A DNA stretch of 64,000 nucleotides from the IMG/VR virus record IMGVR_UViG_3300044641_009805, positions 62,001 through 126,000 of that record; one strand, given 5' to 3'. The position numbers and the translations under genes were made by a program. This document shows positions 15,475-24,441 of this stretch, in pieces. The notes beneath the pieces are model-generated. The model was not told where the DNA came from. It was given only the letters and a program-made list of their open reading frames with translations, and ran no database searches. Positions within the stretch are counted from its first letter, which is position 1; every line of letters starts with the position of its first letter.

Positions 15475-15604
15475 GAATCTTTTTAAATTGTCGTGTGTGG
15501 AAAACCAATAAATTATCGAAGAATGATTCTTGGGCTTTGTGGTGCATAGAGGCACCGACTTGTTGTACAAGTGACCTTAAGGAATTAAGGTAGTAATCAA
15601 GCTT

Positions 15605-16540
15605 ATGGCATTAGGCGTTTGTTGCCATTGGATTCGGCGCGAGACCGCGCCGCGGAGTGGCAAGTTGCAAGTCATTAACGAGTTGGATGAGAAGACGCTG
15701 CAGTTGGGTCGGTACGAACGAGGAGCGTATTCCGAAGATGCGATTCGTTCGTTGTACCTTCACAACGCTCGAATGTTACGCGACGTGTTGCGGAAGGTGG
15801 CCGCGAGTGGCGTGCGGTTATTTCGCGTGTCAAGCGCCATGTTTCCGTTGAGCGATCGCGTGCCTCGGAGGTTGTGGGACAACGATGCCTTGCGGGGCGA
15901 GCTGGCGTTGTGTGGCGAGGTGGCTCGGAAGTGTGGTATTCGGTTGACGACGCATCCGGGTCAGTTCTGCGTGTTGTCGTCGGATTCTGACTCGGTGGTT
16001 GAGAAGGCGATCGTCGAGCTCGAGCATCACGCGTGGATGTTTGATTCGATGGGGATGCCGCGGAGTCCGTACGCTGCGATCAACGTGCATGGTGGTAAGG
16101 CGGATCGGCAGACGAGGTTGATCGACGCGATTCGGTCATTGCCGGAGGCTAGTCGATCGCGATTGACGCTGGAGAATTGCGAGACGTGTTATTCGTTGGT
16201 GGATCTGTTGCCGGTGTCGATGGAGACGGGTGTGCCGATCGTGTGGGATTCGCATCATCATGTTTTCAACGACGGTGGATTGGACGGCGCAGAGGCTGCG
16301 GACGCAGCCGATGAGACGTGGCCTAAGGGTGTGAAACCCCTGCAACACATCAGCAATACCGAGCCAGGCATGGAAGGTGGATCTTTCACCGAGCGGCGCA
16401 AGCACAGCGACATGATCCATTATATTCCTGCGGTGCAGCTCGAGCGCCTGCGGCGCGATGCAGTGGATCTAGAGGTGGAGGCGAAGATGAAAAATCTCGC
16501 TGTCCTCGAGATGCCTAAGAAATTTGATGTGCCCCTTTAA
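15605..16540 (+). CDS. uvsE: UV DNA damage endonuclease (UvsE/UVDE)
   Basis: LFRVSS.MFP, RLTTHPGQFCVLSS, INVHGG, RLTLEN, WDSHHH, HSD, EVEAKMK. Confidence 0.93.
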   Translation: MALGVCCHWIRRETAPRSGKLQVINELDEKTLQLGRYERGAYSEDAIRSLYLHNARMLRDVLRKVAASGVRLFRVSSAMFPLSDRVPRRLWDNDALRGELALCGEVARKCGIRLTTHPGQFCVLSSDSDSVVEKAIVELEHHAWMFDSMGMPRSPYAAINVHGGKADRQTRLIDAIRSLPEASRSRLTLENCETCYSLVDLLPVSMETGVPIVWDSHHHVFNDGGLDGAEAADAADETWPKGVKPLQHISNTEPGMEGGSFTERRKHSDMIHYIPAVQLERLRRDAVDLEVEAKMKNLAVLEMPKKFDVPL

Positions 16541-16623
16541 TCTTCCAGTGCAATGTTAATGTTGCATGGTATAAAAAGAATTTGTTCCCTGGATTTGATG
16601 AACGCACGAAAGTGAGAAAAAAA

Positions 16624-16905
16624 ATGGCAAAGAAAGCAAAGACAAACAAGATCAACGTTGATTCCCCGATTCCTTTTCCTCAGGTGCACACGTTCGATGA
16701 GTTGGCTGTCATCGATGACGATTCATTGAACAACATGCAGCGATCGCTGACGGATTCCATCTCTAGGGTGAATAGTCATGGGTTGAATCCTTCAGCATGG
16801 GAGGTTGAGATGTGTTATGTACAGCGAGAGCTGCAGATTCGAACAGCTCGTCGTGAGGCCCACGCAAAGTATGTTTCGACTGTTTCCGTCACGGAGGAGG
16901 ATTGA
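16624..16905 (+). CDS. Hypothetical protein
   Basis: WEVEMCYVQRELQIR; overlaps the sigma start. Confidence 0.7.
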   Translation: MAKKAKTNKINVDSPIPFPQVHTFDELAVIDDDSLNNMQRSLTDSISRVNSHGLNPSAWEVEMCYVQRELQIRTARREAHAKYVSTVSVTEED

Positions 16906-17735
16906 ATTTGAGTTCTCAAGGCACAATTTCTCGAGAAAACTCTCGAGAGTCAGCCTTCGGCGGCGATTCAATGAATCGCTACTTTTCTTCTCTAAAGAAC
17001 CATCAACAGCTTTCGCATGAGCAGATGATGGAGCTCTTTAAGGTCCTCGAAGCAGGGGGTCTTGACGCGCCTCTCGCGAAGAAAAAGTTGATCGAGACCA
17101 ATCTTCGTTTGGTCGTTTATGTGGCGAAGCAGTACAAGAACCACAGCATGCCTCTCGAAGACATCATTCAAGAAGGCAACATGGGGTTGATGAGAGCGAT
17201 TGAGAAGTTTGATTGGAAGAAGGGATTTAGGTTCTCAACCTACGCGACCTGGTGGGTTAGGCAAGCGATTGGTCAACACATCCTGAAGCAGAAGCGGGTC
17301 ATCAGAATGTCCGCGCATGCCGTGAATACTCAAAAGAAGTTGTTGACAGCCGCCGAAGAATACAGGAACGCGATGGGATGTGAGCCAACTCCTGAAGAGT
17401 TGAAGGAGTTGACAGGCACTTCAGATGCAATCTTCAACGCGATGAGGATCAGTGGTCGATCGATTATTTCGCTTGATCAACCTCTGTCCTCAGATCCAGA
17501 TGCTGACACGATTGAAGATAAGATTGAGGCGGATCCTACGTCAGATCCACTCGAGATTTTTTCTTCCAAGCAAATGTTAGAGTTGGCTCAACGAGTCATC
17601 GTGGGCCTTTCTCCAAAGGAAGCTGCGATTTTGAGGTTACGGTTCGGGCTGGTCGACGACGTGTTGAGCGATGAATCTTATAAGATCACTCAAGAGCAAG
17701 TTGAGAAGATCTCAATGGGAGAAGGTCTCACGTGA
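16902..17735 (+). CDS. Sigma70-family RNA polymerase sigma factor lacking region 4.2 HTH
   Basis: LIETNLRLVVYVAKQY, DIIQEGNMGLMRAIEKFD, GFRFSTYATWWVRQAI, SLDQPL, LSPKEAAILRLRFGL; then ends without a TLEEIG...TRERIRQIE-like segment. Start may be ATG 16971. Confidence 0.93.
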   Translation: MNLSSQGTISRENSRESAFGGDSMNRYFSSLKNHQQLSHEQMMELFKVLEAGGLDAPLAKKKLIETNLRLVVYVAKQYKNHSMPLEDIIQEGNMGLMRAIEKFDWKKGFRFSTYATWWVRQAIGQHILKQKRVIRMSAHAVNTQKKLLTAAEEYRNAMGCEPTPEELKELTGTSDAIFNAMRISGRSIISLDQPLSSDPDADTIEDKIEADPTSDPLEIFSSKQMLELAQRVIVGLSPKEAAILRLRFGLVDDVLSDESYKITQEQVEKISMGEGLT

Positions 17736-17992
17736 CCAGCGAAAGTCTGATTCTTGTCCTATGTTCGATCAATCTGGTCACTTCTTTTGTTAGTTTGTAC
17801 ATGTTGATCCGTGACAAGAAATCTGATGAAATTGAGGAGGAAGAAGACGTAAAAGAAGATCTGCTGGTCGAACGGAACTTAAATTCAAGATTGCGATACT
17901 TGCAGACGACCAGATTTGGTCCATCAATGGTACCTCATTCTAGGGGCGAGACATTTCATAGGAAAAATGACAATGACAATGAAAAAAGGTAG
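17732..17992 (+). CDS. Membrane-anchored hypothetical protein
   Basis: N-terminal TM; GTGA overlap. Confidence 0.65.
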   Translation: MTSESLILVLCSINLVTSFVSLYMLIRDKKSDEIEEEEDVKEDLLVERNLNSRLRYLQTTRFGPSMVPHSRGETFHRKNDNDNEKR

Positions 17993-18281
17993 CAAATTTG
18001 TTGGTGGGTACGCAACAATTGACGATAATGGTGTTAATTATCGTGATATTGCGGATACAATGACAGAGCTTGGGTATAAAATGAACCATTCCTCAGCGAG
18101 GAATTACGTACTTCGAGTCATGCGCAAGTTTGTTGATGCAATAGCAGATCAGCATAACATTCACGTCGATTCTGAATCAGCTGAGATGATTTCGAAATCT
18201 CCGTTGTTCCAAAGTGGAATCTCTGACTTGTTACAAGATCTAGAGTCTCATAGAAAATTGGTGAAAAATGAAAGCAACTAA
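17967..18281 (+). CDS. HTH-like protein (resembles sigma region 4)
   Basis: GVNYRDIADTMTELGYKMNHSSARNYVLRVMRKF. Confidence 0.6.
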   Translation: MTMTMKKGSKFVGGYATIDDNGVNYRDIADTMTELGYKMNHSSARNYVLRVMRKFVDAIADQHNIHVDSESAEMISKSPLFQSGISDLLQDLESHRKLVKNESN

Positions 18282-18696
18282 GTATCAAAAGAAGTCTTTG
18301 ATCAGACTAGAAGATCTTCTTCGTCGCAGAAAGACCACGTTAAAAAAGTTTTTGATTGAGAGAGGTATCACCACCTACAGCGTTCTTGAAGAGACTTGCA
18401 ATAGATTAGGTGTTGTGACTCCTGGTTTCGAAGCATTCAATTTATGCATTCCTTCGTACGTTTCTGATCCAACGGCAGGCGTCGTTGTTGTTCCTCCGTT
18501 AGATGTCGTTGCAGAGGCGACTGGTGAGAAAGAAAATTTGAACGAGGTTTTTGCAGCTATTCCTCCAACTACCGCGTATGAAGACGTTCTGTCTCAAGAA
18601 AATCTTTCTCTCGTCGAAGATGAAGATGGAGATGCATCCAAGCTAGACCCAACATCAGAAACGAAGAATTACCAGAAGAAGAAGTTAAAAAAGTAG
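18268..18696 (+). CDS. Hypothetical protein
   Basis: Coupled ORF in operon. Confidence 0.7.
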   Translation: MKATKYQKKSLIRLEDLLRRRKTTLKKFLIERGITTYSVLEETCNRLGVVTPGFEAFNLCIPSYVSDPTAGVVVVPPLDVVAEATGEKENLNEVFAAIPPTTAYEDVLSQENLSLVEDEDGDASKLDPTSETKNYQKKKLKK

Positions 18697-18963
18697 GTGA
18701 AAACAAAGATGAGACGAGTCGTATACGAAGTAGAAAAGATCAATAGTAATAAAGTGAGCGAAAAGCAGAATGATTGGTCGTTCGAAAAGCAAAAAATTGC
18801 TTTTAAGTTGATTAACAATGCTTCAATTTTGACCGACGCAGTACAGACGTGTAGGAGCGTTCTAGAAAAGAATCCTGATTCTGAACTGAAAGTTGCGATC
18901 GCTAAGATCGACGGAGTGATCGAAGAGCTAAAGATAGATTTCAGAAAAAACTACAAGTTTTGA
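18697..18963 (+). CDS. Hypothetical protein
   Basis: Coupled ORF; start uncertain. Confidence 0.55.
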   Translation: MKTKMRRVVYEVEKINSNKVSEKQNDWSFEKQKIAFKLINNASILTDAVQTCRSVLEKNPDSELKVAIAKIDGVIEELKIDFRKNYKF

Positions 18964-19044
18964 GAAACTCGAATGAATCTAGGTTAGATTCTTGTCAAGA
19001 AAACTGTGAAATCTGTGAGTAGGGTTGGTTAATATAACCTCATA

Positions 19045-20382
19045 ATGACAGTCATCGACATTCTTGAATCTCTAGAGTCTAACAATTCTCGAATCTTTAA
19101 AGAAGAGTTGTTGGACACTCATAGTAACAATCAACTCTTGCAAAGGATTTTTGTATCTGTTGGTGATCCTTACACGAACTTTTTTGTCAACAAGTTCAAG
19201 ATGCCTTCTTCTTGTGGTGTTGGAGATGATGATGATGAAGTCATTGATAGTTTTTTGGATTTCGTAAATCATTCGTTGGCTCAACGCAACATCACAGGAA
19301 ATGCTGCAAAAGATGCCGTCGTTTCTTTTTTTGCACGTTTGACGGCAAACCAACAGAAGTGGTGTCTCAGAATTTTATTGAAAAATTTACGATGTGGTGT
19401 GCAGTCCACCACTGTCAATAAGATTTGGCCGAATTCTATCGTCGGGTTTTCAGTGCAGTTAGCTGAGAGCTTGCAGACGAGATTCGATCCTAATTCAGGA
19501 ATCATCATCAACGACAGCATCAGCTATCCTGTCCGCGTTGAGCCTAAGTTGGACGGATTGCGATGCATCATCGTGAAGAAAGATGGTCTAGCCACCATGT
19601 TTACCAGAAGTGGTACGGTTCTAGAGACGCTTCCGAAGATTAAGAAAGCGATCGAAGACGCGCCATGGGACAACTTTGTCTTGGATGGTGAGGCGATGGG
19701 TTCCGATTGGAATGAATCTGCGTCTGTGGTGATGTCTCACAAACGAGGCAAGGATGATTCTAACATCATGTTTCATGTGTTCGATTCCATGCCTTTTTCT
19801 GATTGGCACGATCAAGAAAGTTCGATGGAGCTGCTGACTCGAGTTGAACTGACCGAAGAACTAGTTTCGCAGGTCAATAACTCTTCGGTGGCACATGTTA
19901 AAGGCATCACCGTTAATGATTCAGGTGAACTATTGGATTTTTATTCAAAAAATCTAGAAAGCGGATTCGAAGGAATCATGATCAAGGATCTCTCGGCTCT
20001 TTATTCGTTTAAGAGATCTAACTCAGTTAAAAAGATGAAGCCGATTGCCACCTATGAAGGTATGATTGTCGGTCACTACATGGGAAACAGAGGTTCAAAG
20101 AGAGAAGGTCTGTGGGGTGGATTTGAGGTCATGATGCCAAACGGGATCATCACACGTGTGGGTGGAGGTTTCACCGACGCATTAAAAGCTGAGATCGGAA
20201 TGGATCCTGACTCATGGATTGGAAAAGTGGTTGAGCTAGAAGGTCAACCTGAACCTTCCACGTCGAATGGATTGACGAAGGACGGAAAAGTCAGATTTCC
20301 TGTCTTTATCCGCGAGAGAAGCATCAACGATGTCGATCCTAAAATTGCTGAGGTCGGTCAAAAATTCTTAAACATAGTTTGA
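19045..20382 (+). CDS. ATP-dependent DNA ligase
   Basis: EPKLDGLR (KxDG), LDGE, FHVFD, EGIMIK, C-terminal OB fold with RFP. Confidence 0.95.
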   Translation: MTVIDILESLESNNSRIFKEELLDTHSNNQLLQRIFVSVGDPYTNFFVNKFKMPSSCGVGDDDDEVIDSFLDFVNHSLAQRNITGNAAKDAVVSFFARLTANQQKWCLRILLKNLRCGVQSTTVNKIWPNSIVGFSVQLAESLQTRFDPNSGIIINDSISYPVRVEPKLDGLRCIIVKKDGLATMFTRSGTVLETLPKIKKAIEDAPWDNFVLDGEAMGSDWNESASVVMSHKRGKDDSNIMFHVFDSMPFSDWHDQESSMELLTRVELTEELVSQVNNSSVAHVKGITVNDSGELLDFYSKNLESGFEGIMIKDLSALYSFKRSNSVKKMKPIATYEGMIVGHYMGNRGSKREGLWGGFEVMMPNGIITRVGGGFTDALKAEIGMDPDSWIGKVVELEGQPEPSTSNGLTKDGKVRFPVFIRERSINDVDPKIAEVGQKFLNIV

Positions 20383-20451
20383 ATTTACCTTATAGTTATG
20401 TCACGGGTTGTATCACAATTGAACACAGCCTCTTACAGGAGATTATATAAA

Positions 20452-20673
20452 ATGTCAAAGTTTGTATTCGTTATCGCTTCAGTTTGTCTCGTCGCATGTG
20501 CATCAACCGACGCACCAGCACCAGCTGCATCCGCTACAGCCACGGCTGATGTTGCAGTTTCGGCAGAGCCTGCTGCTTCTGCAGCTCCTGCAACGGCGGC
20601 AACTGTTGTCGAGTCAGCTGCACCTGTGGTTGCTCCAAGCGCCGCAGTCAGTGCAACACCAGCTGCAAAGTGA
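20452..20673 (+). CDS. Ala/Pro-rich lipoprotein
   Basis: AGGAG SD; MSKFVFVIASVCLVAC lipobox then low-complexity ASAAPA tail. Confidence 0.75.
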   Translation: MSKFVFVIASVCLVACASTDAPAPAASATATADVAVSAEPAASAAPATAATVVESAAPVVAPSAAVSATPAAK

Positions 20674-20716
20674 TTTGAACAAATGGGACTGCTTGTATTA
20701 TAAGTAGTCCCATAAT

Positions 20717-20788
20717 GGTCCCATCGTCTAGAGGTTAGGACAGTGCCCTTTCAAGGCGCTTGCGGGGGTTCAATTCCCCCTGGGATCG
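20717..20788 (+). tRNA. tRNA-Glu (anticodon TTC)
   Basis: Acceptor GGTCCCA/TGGGATC, anticodon arm GTGCC-CTTTCAA-GGCGC, T-loop TTCAATT; CCA not encoded. Confidence 0.92.
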
Positions 20789-20791
20789 CTG

Positions 20792-20819
20792 AAAGCCATC
20801 TTTTATAGATGGCTTTTTT
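20792..20819 (+). terminator. Intrinsic terminator
   Basis: AAAGCCATCT-TTTAT-AGATGGCTTTTTT after tRNA-Glu. Confidence 0.75.
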
Positions 20820-20822
20820 ATT

Positions 20823-21017
20823 ATGAACTCTTTACCTGAAATTGGCGAAAGAATCGTCGTTTATGGAATGCTACAAGAAGCAAAGGTAGCATCTGTTTGT
20901 TGGGATACTACCTCTTTTGATTGGATCATCAATCTTGATTGGGGATTTCACGGACAATCTAAAGTTAGATTGCACGATGAGAACAAGACCTGGTATAGAT
21001 TTTCAAAGGTCAATTAA
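20823..21017 (+). CDS. Small hypothetical protein
   Basis: ORF fills the gap. Confidence 0.6.
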   Translation: MNSLPEIGERIVVYGMLQEAKVASVCWDTTSFDWIINLDWGFHGQSKVRLHDENKTWYRFSKVN

Positions 21018-21018
21018 A

Positions 21019-21345
21019 TCAAGAACCTGTTTTAATCTGTTTTATTAACCCAATGATAGACTGGATATCTCCTGGATCAGATATTATGATCTTTAAGAAA
21101 GCCGTTCCTAACGCTTGTCTTTCCATCTTGTCGATAAGTTTTTCGTCGCTTATAGCAGCAGCTGCATCTTTAGATTTTGCCACGTCTTTTATTGCCGAAG
21201 CTAGTTTTGTTGCATTCGCTTCGGGGGCTAACTTTTGAAGTTTGGTGCGTAATTGATCTATAGGTCCTTCGACTTCTCCTGCTTCGTGAATGTTCTTTAT
21301 TTCTTCTAGTATGATCTTGCGTAGCTGACGTTCTGTTAATTTCAT
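21019..21345 (-). CDS. Hypothetical protein with MKLT motif
   Basis: MKLTERQLRKIILEEIKNIHEA; AAGGA SD. Confidence 0.8.
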   Translation of the reverse strand: MKLTERQLRKIILEEIKNIHEAGEVEGPIDQLRTKLQKLAPEANATKLASAIKDVAKSKDAAAAISDEKLIDKMERQALGTAFLKIIISDPGDIQSIIGLIKQIKTGS

Positions 21346-21419
21346 GTTGGGTCCTTCGGTAATATATCTATGTAATTAACCACGATAGTTTGCAAAAAAG
21401 ATTATATTTAAGATTCGAA

Positions 21420-22658
21420 ATGAAGAACAAGAGAACCAATCGTCGTCCGCTCGTAGAAATGAAGAAGGCTTCTGGACTAGGGAAGTTATTCGATTCTTTA
21501 TACGAAGACATCTTAAAAGATTCTGGTGGAGATAAGAAACAAGCTCTTGATAATTTCATAGATCAAGTCATGGCATACACTGCTGGTGGATCTCCTGATA
21601 TGGGTTCTTCTAGATTGGCAGTCATTCACGGAGATGAAGTTATTAAGGTTGCTCTTAATGAAGCAGGCTTCGCGCAGAATGGAATTGAGGCCACAGCAGG
21701 AAATGACTCTGAAGTGAGCGATATAGTCGTTCCTGTGCTTAGTGCTAGCGATTTCACGGATCATGACGGATACTTGTGGATAGTTTCGCAGAAGGTCAAA
21801 CCCCTGACAATCCCGGGATTTTCTAAAGAATGGCAGATGGTTAGATCAGCATTGAAGCAAGCAGCAAGCGACGCGGCTTCAGGAAAAACTCCTAAGGCCC
21901 CTCCACCACCAGCAGCCCCCACTTCTGCCGCAACAAAAAAGGCTCCTAATGCGCAGGTTGATCCTGATGCCACAAAGGTTGCAGTTCCTCAAGGTGCTGC
22001 AATGAAGCAAGCAGCTAATGTGACTTCTCAGCTTCAGTCGACTGGATTGGACAAAATGTTGACTGATGAATTCCTTGGATCCTTTGCAAAACTTGTCACA
22101 AGGTATTCTGAGATAAACACAGGAGATCTATACAAGCCTGATTCTTGGGGTGTGGATGGCGATAACATCAAGTTATTGGACGCTGGATTAACAAAGTCAA
22201 TCAGCAAGAGCTATTATAAGAGCACAGGTTCTGGTCTAATATTTGCTGGATCAGAGCAGGCCAAGCAAGCCAAAGCCGAAAAAGAATCTTCTAGAACCTC
22301 CTCTATTGAATCTAGACGATCTCAAAATGAGGAGTTTGCCAAGGATGCTTTACAATTATCTTCGTATCCTGAAGAAACAGCGTTGCTTCTCTACGTGAGA
22401 GGATTGGTTGAACCTCTTCCTCGTTCTATCTTTTCCTACGATCCCGACAAGGGATTGTCAAAGTTTGACATACGTTCTGCTTCTAAAACGTTGCGAGACC
22501 AGTACGACAAGGTCGTCGGACTCATTGAAAAAATCTCAGATTCTTCTTTGAAAGATTCTCTTCTCAACGGGCTGGACGGGATCTTGACGTTGCAGGAATC
22601 TGTAGGACGATCTCAACTCAGAAGCCTCATCAGGATGCATCTGAAGACTCTGATTTAA
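21420..22658 (+). CDS. Protein-kinase-like (PKL fold) protein
   Basis: GSSR loop, VIKVA Lys, QNGIE Glu, WIVSQKV hinge, GDLYKPDSWG catalytic-loop-like, LLDAG DFG-like. Confidence 0.6.
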   Translation: MKNKRTNRRPLVEMKKASGLGKLFDSLYEDILKDSGGDKKQALDNFIDQVMAYTAGGSPDMGSSRLAVIHGDEVIKVALNEAGFAQNGIEATAGNDSEVSDIVVPVLSASDFTDHDGYLWIVSQKVKPLTIPGFSKEWQMVRSALKQAASDAASGKTPKAPPPPAAPTSAATKKAPNAQVDPDATKVAVPQGAAMKQAANVTSQLQSTGLDKMLTDEFLGSFAKLVTRYSEINTGDLYKPDSWGVDGDNIKLLDAGLTKSISKSYYKSTGSGLIFAGSEQAKQAKAEKESSRTSSIESRRSQNEEFAKDALQLSSYPEETALLLYVRGLVEPLPRSIFSYDPDKGLSKFDIRSASKTLRDQYDKVVGLIEKISDSSLKDSLLNGLDGILTLQESVGRSQLRSLIRMHLKTLI

Positions 22659-22989
22659 TCTTCATAACGACCAACGGGTTATCTTTTATTTTCCAAAATT
22701 GTTTTTCTAACGGTGGTTCTTGTCCTTCCTTGAACCACATCAACTTGCGGCCTTCGGTCGAGTCGTAGACGCCGATGATCGTTATTTGCCCTGCATGAAT
22801 TAAATCGTGACAGACATGACACACGACGCTGAGATTGTAGTTGTTGTTCGTTGATCTAGGATCTCTACGAGGAATTATGTGATGAATGTTAAGAGCTGCG
22901 GGATTGTTGTACCTGCAAATCTCACACTCATTCTTCTTTAATTTCTCTTGATTTCTAAACCTACGTTGAACCATCATAGTATTATACAA
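22630..22989 (-). CDS. HNH endonuclease
   Basis: CEIC...HHIIPR...NNNYNL...CHVCHDLIH. Confidence 0.88.
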   Translation of the reverse strand: MYNTMMVQRRFRNQEKLKKNECEICRYNNPAALNIHHIIPRRDPRSTNNNYNLSVVCHVCHDLIHAGQITIIGVYDSTEGRKLMWFKEGQEPPLEKQFWKIKDNPLVVMKIKSESSDAS

Positions 22990-23004
22990 ACGCGTGCGGA
23001 ACTC

Positions 23005-23406
23005 TTATCCCGTTCTATCATTCAACGAGTTCTGTGGGTCAGATGTTCGTCTTTGCGATTCGACCGCGGGACCCTTGTAGGTCTCTAACATCCTGCGCAG
23101 AGTCTTAACGATTGCGTCATACCCAACAACAGACACGCCGCCTGAAAGCGTGTAAGCTAGTATCGATCCCGCTAGCGTCTTTCCAAATGCGATTGGCACG
23201 GGCAAACCATATTCGTATCCGATCAATCCGACTCCTGCTCCCACAGCTAGGGCGTGAAGAGGTAAGGTTGCCCAGTAGATTCTTCTCCATCCGACGTGCC
23301 CATCAGATTCTCGCCTCTTGTTTCCAAGGATGATGTTACGAACTACCTGACCACACATCCCTATGATGAAGGGAACCACCCCTAGAATAATTATCCAATC
23401 TTGCAT
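23005..23406 (-). CDS. Multi-pass membrane protein (holin-like)
   Basis: Three hydrophobic segments and a charged C-terminal tail; holin function is a guess. Confidence 0.55.
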   Translation of the reverse strand: MQDWIIILGVVPFIIGMCGQVVRNIILGNKRRESDGHVGWRRIYWATLPLHALAVGAGVGLIGYEYGLPVPIAFGKTLAGSILAYTLSGGVSVVGYDAIVKTLRRMLETYKGPAVESQRRTSDPQNSLNDRTG

Positions 23407-23467
23407 GACCAATAACTATAAGAATTATTCATAGATTATCACGCGTCATCCTCACATTATGATATAC

Positions 23468-23495
23468 TTCAAAAGCCTCTTCCGAGGCTTTTGAA
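23468..23495 (-). terminator. Terminator-like hairpin
   Basis: TTCAAAAGCCTC-TTCC-GAGGCTTTTGAA just past the 23518 stop. Confidence 0.7.
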
Positions 23496-23517
23496 AAGTG
23501 CATTTGAATCTTAGGTT

Positions 23518-24315
23518 TTACTTTACGATTCCTGCAAGACGCTGCCAACGCTCAACAATTATATTTCCATCATTGTGAAGAGATTCTTTTTTTGTCTCTG
23601 AATTTAATTTTATGACTACTAATGGCGCGCTTCTTTCACCTCCCGCATATTTCAAGATAGTGCTTGAGGGCTGTTCCATGTTCAAAGAGATTTTTTCTTG
23701 CATCTTTTCTCCCAATGCTTCTGTCACGCCTTCTCTTTTTTGTTTTTTAGCATGAATTGCTTGAAATGAATCTACACACTCGTTCCAAAAATCAACAAAT
23801 GTTTTACCAATAGATTGAGCTGCTTCCAACTTCCCAGTTTTTTCATAAAAGTTAGCCCATCCATATACGGTTTTTGGTTCGTAATTTTTATCATATCCAG
23901 AGACAGAAGAAGGCGGATTATCATCCATGAAATTTTTAGGTGCTAACAACCCTTTAAAACTTTCCCCAAACCCAATTGCGTACACAGCATCACTCTTGGG
24001 TAAAACACGCGTCAAAGATACTCTTCCTTGAGGAGTTAAGTCTATTCTTATACCGCTACGGACTTGTGTTGAAAAGTCCTTAAAATGAGCATTTACAGCT
24101 TTTTCGTACTGTTGCTGTCTATCGTTACATATTTTTTCAAACTCTTCAAAAGACTTGACTGCTGGTAAGATTTCTTCTTTAGGTTCTTCTTTTTTTCCAC
24201 TAAAAGCGCTTTTTATCGTGTCAAAAAAACCTTCTTTTGTTAACTCGGTTTTTTTAGTTTGTTGTGATATTTCTTCTACAACTAGTTCTCTAAGTCTTGA
24301 TTTCGTTAACTTCAT
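23518..24315 (-). CDS. Putative internal head protein (MKLT N-terminus, ERWQRLAGI C-terminus)
   Basis: MKLTKSRLRELVVEEI...VERWQRLAGIVK; directly downstream of the major capsid gene. Confidence 0.7.
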   Translation of the reverse strand: MKLTKSRLRELVVEEISQQTKKTELTKEGFFDTIKSAFSGKKEEPKEEILPAVKSFEEFEKICNDRQQQYEKAVNAHFKDFSTQVRSGIRIDLTPQGRVSLTRVLPKSDAVYAIGFGESFKGLLAPKNFMDDNPPSSVSGYDKNYEPKTVYGWANFYEKTGKLEAAQSIGKTFVDFWNECVDSFQAIHAKKQKREGVTEALGEKMQEKISLNMEQPSSTILKYAGGERSAPLVVIKLNSETKKESLHNDGNIIVERWQRLAGIVK

Positions 24316-24393
24316 GGATAGAGTCTCTTTCTAAAACTTTGATAATTATAGATCTCTCGATCAATCAATTAAAATTTAAGCAAAATTAAATGT

Positions 24394-24419
24394 CAAAGGC
24401 CACCTTTCGGTGGCCTTTG
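24394..24419 (-). terminator. Terminator after the major capsid gene
   Basis: CAAAGGCCACC-GAAA-GGTGGCCTTTG on the - strand. Confidence 0.85.
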
Positions 24420-24441
24420 TTACATACATCTAAATTTTACT

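Noticed and set aside
15563-19044. Further copies of the early promoter before uvsE, 16624 and the ligase
   Set aside because: Similar boxes (TGTACA..TAAGGT, TGCAAT..TATAAA, TGTGAA..TAATAT) exist but spacing and sequence deviate, so they were not counted
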